Below are positions 60,492-64,000 of a DNA stretch of 64,000 bases, piece by piece. How positions within the stretch are numbered: the first letter of the stretch is position 1; each line of letters starts with the position of its first letter. The notes below the pieces were generated by a model, which ran no database searches, had not been told where the DNA came from, and worked only from the letters and a program-made list of their open reading frames with translations. Source of the stretch: Candidatus Anderseniibacteriota bacterium. Its GTDB lineage: Bacteria > Patescibacteriota > JAUYIX01. Made by a program: the position numbers and the translations under genes. The stretch lies in assembly GCA_046350905.1 (NCBI GenBank), contig JAXLZN010000001.1, positions 1,220 to 65,219 on the forward strand, written 5' to 3'.

Positions 60492-62370
60492 ATGGCGAAC
60501 ATGGCCAACCCACCGCGCCTGCGGCCAAGCTGGCGGCTGCCCTCGCCGCGCTCCCCAAGAAACCCGGCTGCTACCTCTTTAAGGACGAGGCCGGCGAAGT
60601 CTTGTACGTGGGCAAGGCCAAGCTGCTGCGCAGCCGCGTTCGCTCGTACTTTCAGGCGGGGCGCACGGCAGCAACCCGGCCAAGCTCTCCATGGTGCGCA
60701 AGATCGCCGACCTCGAGACCATCTTCGTCGGGAGCGAACTCGAGGCGCTGATCCTCGAGTCGACCCTGATCAAGAAGTACTCGCCGCGCTACAACGTCCT
60801 GCTCAAGGACGACAAGAACTACCTGTTTATTAAGGTGACGGTGCGCGAAGATTTTCCGCAGGTGCTGACGGTGCGGCGCGTGACCAAAGATGGCGCGCGC
60901 TACTTTGGGCCGTTCACGAGTGCCTTTGCGGTGCGGCAGACCCTCAAGCTGATGCAGCGCATCTTTCCGTACCGCACCTGCGACCTGCCGCTCGTCGAGG
61001 GGCAGATCCTCGGCCACGGCTTTAAGCCCTGCCTGCGCTACCACCTCGGGCGCTGCGACGCACCGTGCGTCGAGGGCATCGGCAAGGTCGGCTACCGCGC
61101 CGCGATCGATCGGGTCATTCTCTTTTTGGAAGGCAAGCTCGACGTGGTGCGCGCAGGGCTGGTGGCGGAGATGCAGGCCGCGGCTAACGCGCAGGACTAC
61201 GAGCGGGCCGCGCAGCTGCGTGACCAGGTGGCGCAGCTCAGGCGCGAAGCGTCGGGTGGTCTTGTCGCCGCGCTTTACCAACCAAGACGTGGTGGGCTTT
61301 GTGACCGATCGGCGGCGCACGCGGGCGTTTACCTCGCTGATCATGGTGCGCAACGGGCGCGTGCTCGGCGGAGCACTTTGTCTTGTCGATCGACCCGTGC
61401 AACGGATAGAGGAGGTCGTGCGGGCGCTCGTGCTGCAGCACTACGACGAGGCCACCTTTGTCCCGCACGAGCTGCTGCTGCCGACGCACCTGTCCGACGA
61501 CGCGGCAGTTGAGCAGCTGCTGGCGCAGCGGGCCGCCTCGCTCGGGCTGGAGCACGGGTTGCAGTGCGCGCTCCGCGCGCAGGGGCCGCGCGGCGGCTAG
61601 TAGCCATGGCCGAGGAGAACGCGCTGGAGTTCGGGCACGCAAGACCGTCGAGCAGCGGAGTGGATGAAGCCGGGACGCGGGTCGCCCTGAAACTATCGGC
61701 TCGGCAAGGCGCTCGACCTGCCGCGCGGCCCCGCGGCGCTCAGAGTCCCGAACGCGTCGAGATCTACGACATCTCCAGCATCAGGGGCGTCGGCCGTGGG
61801 TTCGATGAAGTGGTGTTGCAGGGCAAGCCGAGCAAGGCGGACTACCGGCGCTTTAAGATCGCGACGCGAAGAGCCAACGACGTTGGCATGATGAAGGAGG
61901 TCTTGCGCCGCCGCCTCGCGTCTGGTCGCGAACGATCCGCGCTGGCCGCGGCCAGACCTGATCATCGTGGACGGTGGCAAGCCGCAGCTCGGCGCGGCCC
62001 TCGCAATTCTCAAGGAGCTCGACCTCGACCTGCCGGTCGCAGGCCTGCAGCCAAACGTGAGGAAGAGCTCTTTGTGCCCGGCCGGAAGGCTGCGTCGATT
62101 CGCCTGCCCCGCGGGACGGCCGCCCTGCACCTGGTCCAGCGCATGCGCGACGAGGCCCACCGTTTTGCGATTACCTTCCACCGCCAGCTGCGCGGTGCGC
62201 GAACCCGCCGCTCCGTCCTCGACGAAGTCGTCGGCATCAGTCCCAAGCGCAAGAAGCTCCTGCTGGAGCGCTACGGTTCGATCGAGGCGCTGGCAGACGC
62301 AGGCGAAACCGAGCTCGGCAAGCTGATTGGTGCACGCACGGCGGCGGCGCTGCTCCAGCAGCTGCGGTAG
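60492..62370 (+). pseudogene. uvrC: excinuclease ABC subunit C, multiply frameshifted
   Basis: The GIY-YIG part ([56 protein letters not shown]), the UVR domain (YERAAQLRDQVAQLR), the endonuclease domain (IEIYDIS.., PDLIIVDGGKPQL, DEAHRFAI) and the C-terminal HhH are spread over at least 6 frame segments. Confidence 0.85.
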
Positions 62371-62403
62371 CTTCACTTGTACTCCACGCGCGGCCACCTA
62401 GGA

Positions 62404-64000
62404 TGGTGAACGTGCGACGAACCACGAGCCCAGCCTAACCGTACTTACGCTCGTGCTCGCAGCAGCGCTGCGCTGAGCGGCGGCCGCGCTGCTGGCGATC
62501 GAGCACCGAGCAACTTTGTCAGCCACCAGGCGCAGCAAGACGCGCTGCATCACCAGCAGGCCGGTCACGTTCGCGCCGGCAGCAAGCGTGGGGGCGGCGG
62601 CAACCTCGACGGCGAGCGGCGTCACCGCCAAGCTCACCGGGCCGATTTGTGATGGGCTGGGCGCCCTACTGGCTCGGGTCGTCTGGCGGAGCTACCGCTG
62701 GTCGACCCTCTCGCAGGTCGCGTACTTTAGGAGCGAGGTCAACTACGACGGCCACCTCGTGGGCGGCGGCGTTAACGAACCCCCCACCGACCTGCTCACC
62801 ACCGCGCACGCTAACGGCGTGACGGTCGCGCTCACGTTTATTCCGGTAGGAGTTCAGCAAGAACGCCCTCAACAAAGAGCTGCTCAACTCCCCTGCCGCC
62901 GCGCTGCGCAGGAGATGGTCGACAAGGTGGTCGCCGTGGGTGCGGACAGCATCAACATCGATTTTGAGGGTGTGACGCAGGGCGGTAGCTGCAGACCAAC
63001 CGCGATCGGTTTACGGATTTTGTTCGCGAGGTCAGCACGCGCATGCACGCGGCGCGACCGGGGTCGACGGTCACCGTCGACCTGCCGGCCGTGGACTGGG
63101 ACGGCGCCTACGACGATGCGGGCCTGGCCGCCGTCTCCGACTACCTCATCCTGATGGCGTACGACTACTGGTGGTCCGGCATGACGACGCCGGCAATCGC
63201 GCCGCTCTACACGACACGAGCTGGCGCGCACGGCTACTCTGTCAGCCGCTCCGTCGACGCTCCTCAGCCTGGTCGACCGTAGCAAGGTCATCCTCGGCGT
63301 GCCGTGGTACGGCATCAGTACAAGACGCAGTCGACCAGCGTGCCGTCAACGTGCAGTCGTTCGTGGCCCCAACCCCGACTACCCGGCTGCCGCCGACGAG
63401 GCCGCCCAGTACGGCCGAACCTGGTACCCGCCCTCGCTGGTTCCCTACACGACGGGGGTCAGCAACGGCGCGTTCCAAACCTGGTACGACGACTTTGATT
63501 CGCTAACCGCCAAGTACTCCTACGCAGCCAACAACGCGCTGCACGGCGTGGCCGTCTTTGCGCTGGGGTACGACGGTGGGCGGCCGGAGGAGCTGTGGGA
63601 TGCACTGCAGAACTACGGCATGCCCGTGCCGGACACCCTCGTGCGGCTCGCCGGCAACGACCGCTACGCGACCGCCGCCGTGATCAGCCGCGACAGCTTT
63701 CCGGTCGACGACGGGGCGCAGTGCGTCGTACTCGCCACGGGTACCAACTGGCCGGACGCGCTGGGCGGTGCGGTGCTGGCACGCGCCTGCAACGGGCCAC
63801 TGCTCTTAACCACGCCGAACGACCTGCTCGGTACCACCGCCGACGAGATTGCGCGGGTCTTGCCGCCAGGCGGGATGGTGCACCTGCTCGGTGGGACAGC
63901 GGCGCTCTCGACCGAGGTAGAGAACGACCTGCACGGCCTCGGCTTTGCGACCAACCGGCTGGCCGGCAGCGACCGGGTCACGACCGCCTCGGTCGTGGCT
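62404..64000 (+). pseudogene. GH18 glycoside hydrolase fused to CWB2 repeats, frameshifted; 3' end beyond window
   Basis: VMGWAPYW, LSQVAYF.SEVNYDGHL, catalytic GADSINIDFEG, LILMAYDYWW and VILGVPWYG lie in shifting frames. From about 63640 come the CWB2 repeats LAGNDRYATAAVIS..GTNWPDALGGAVLARACNGPLLLT and LAGSDRVTTASVVA. Confidence 0.7.

Overview
GC-rich bacterial chromosomal window; third codon positions are mostly G/C by eye, and most genes lie on the minus strand. I saw no rRNA, CRISPR array, transposase, integrase or reverse transcriptase.

Housekeeping content:
- trxB (left edge), typA, rpoD-dnaG, msrB, groES-groEL with a CIRCE operator, uvrA, uvrC.
- tRNA-Ser(GGA).
- A tRNA-Asn(GUU) gene split in its anticodon by a 207-nt group I intron. 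A GIY-YIG gene abuts it.

Cell surface:
- At least four proteins carry triple CWB2 (cell wall binding repeat 2) anchors.
- One is a ~9.5-kb locus built from ~1.5-kb and ~0.44-kb tandem coding repeats.
- The others carry a BNR/Asp-box propeller, a metallophosphoesterase and a GH18 hydrolase.

Other gene sets:
- A GT2/methyltransferase glycan cluster with coiled-coil tails.
- An ATP-grasp ligase coupled to a DUF1704 (MATCAP-like, HExxH + EGLA) peptidase.

AT-richer island at about 42.8-54 kb:
- It interrupts the GC-rich backbone.
- It carries a tightly coupled operon: SMR-like protein, atypical ALDH-fusion protein, Cache histidine kinase, receiver-only regulator.
- It carries two overlapping histidine kinases with complementary defects. 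One lacks the H-box His; the other has a degenerate ATP-binding domain.
- It also holds stand-alone multi-TM sensor paralogs and a PLP enzyme.

Main caveat: many conserved genes have reading frames broken by tight clusters of 1-nt indels. Affected genes include uvrA, uvrC, the ATP-grasp gene, DUF1704, GH18, the giant surface gene and several domain junctions. I cannot tell assembly error from real pseudogenisation using sequence alone.

All calls rest on my own reading and translation plus motif memory. No searches were run.
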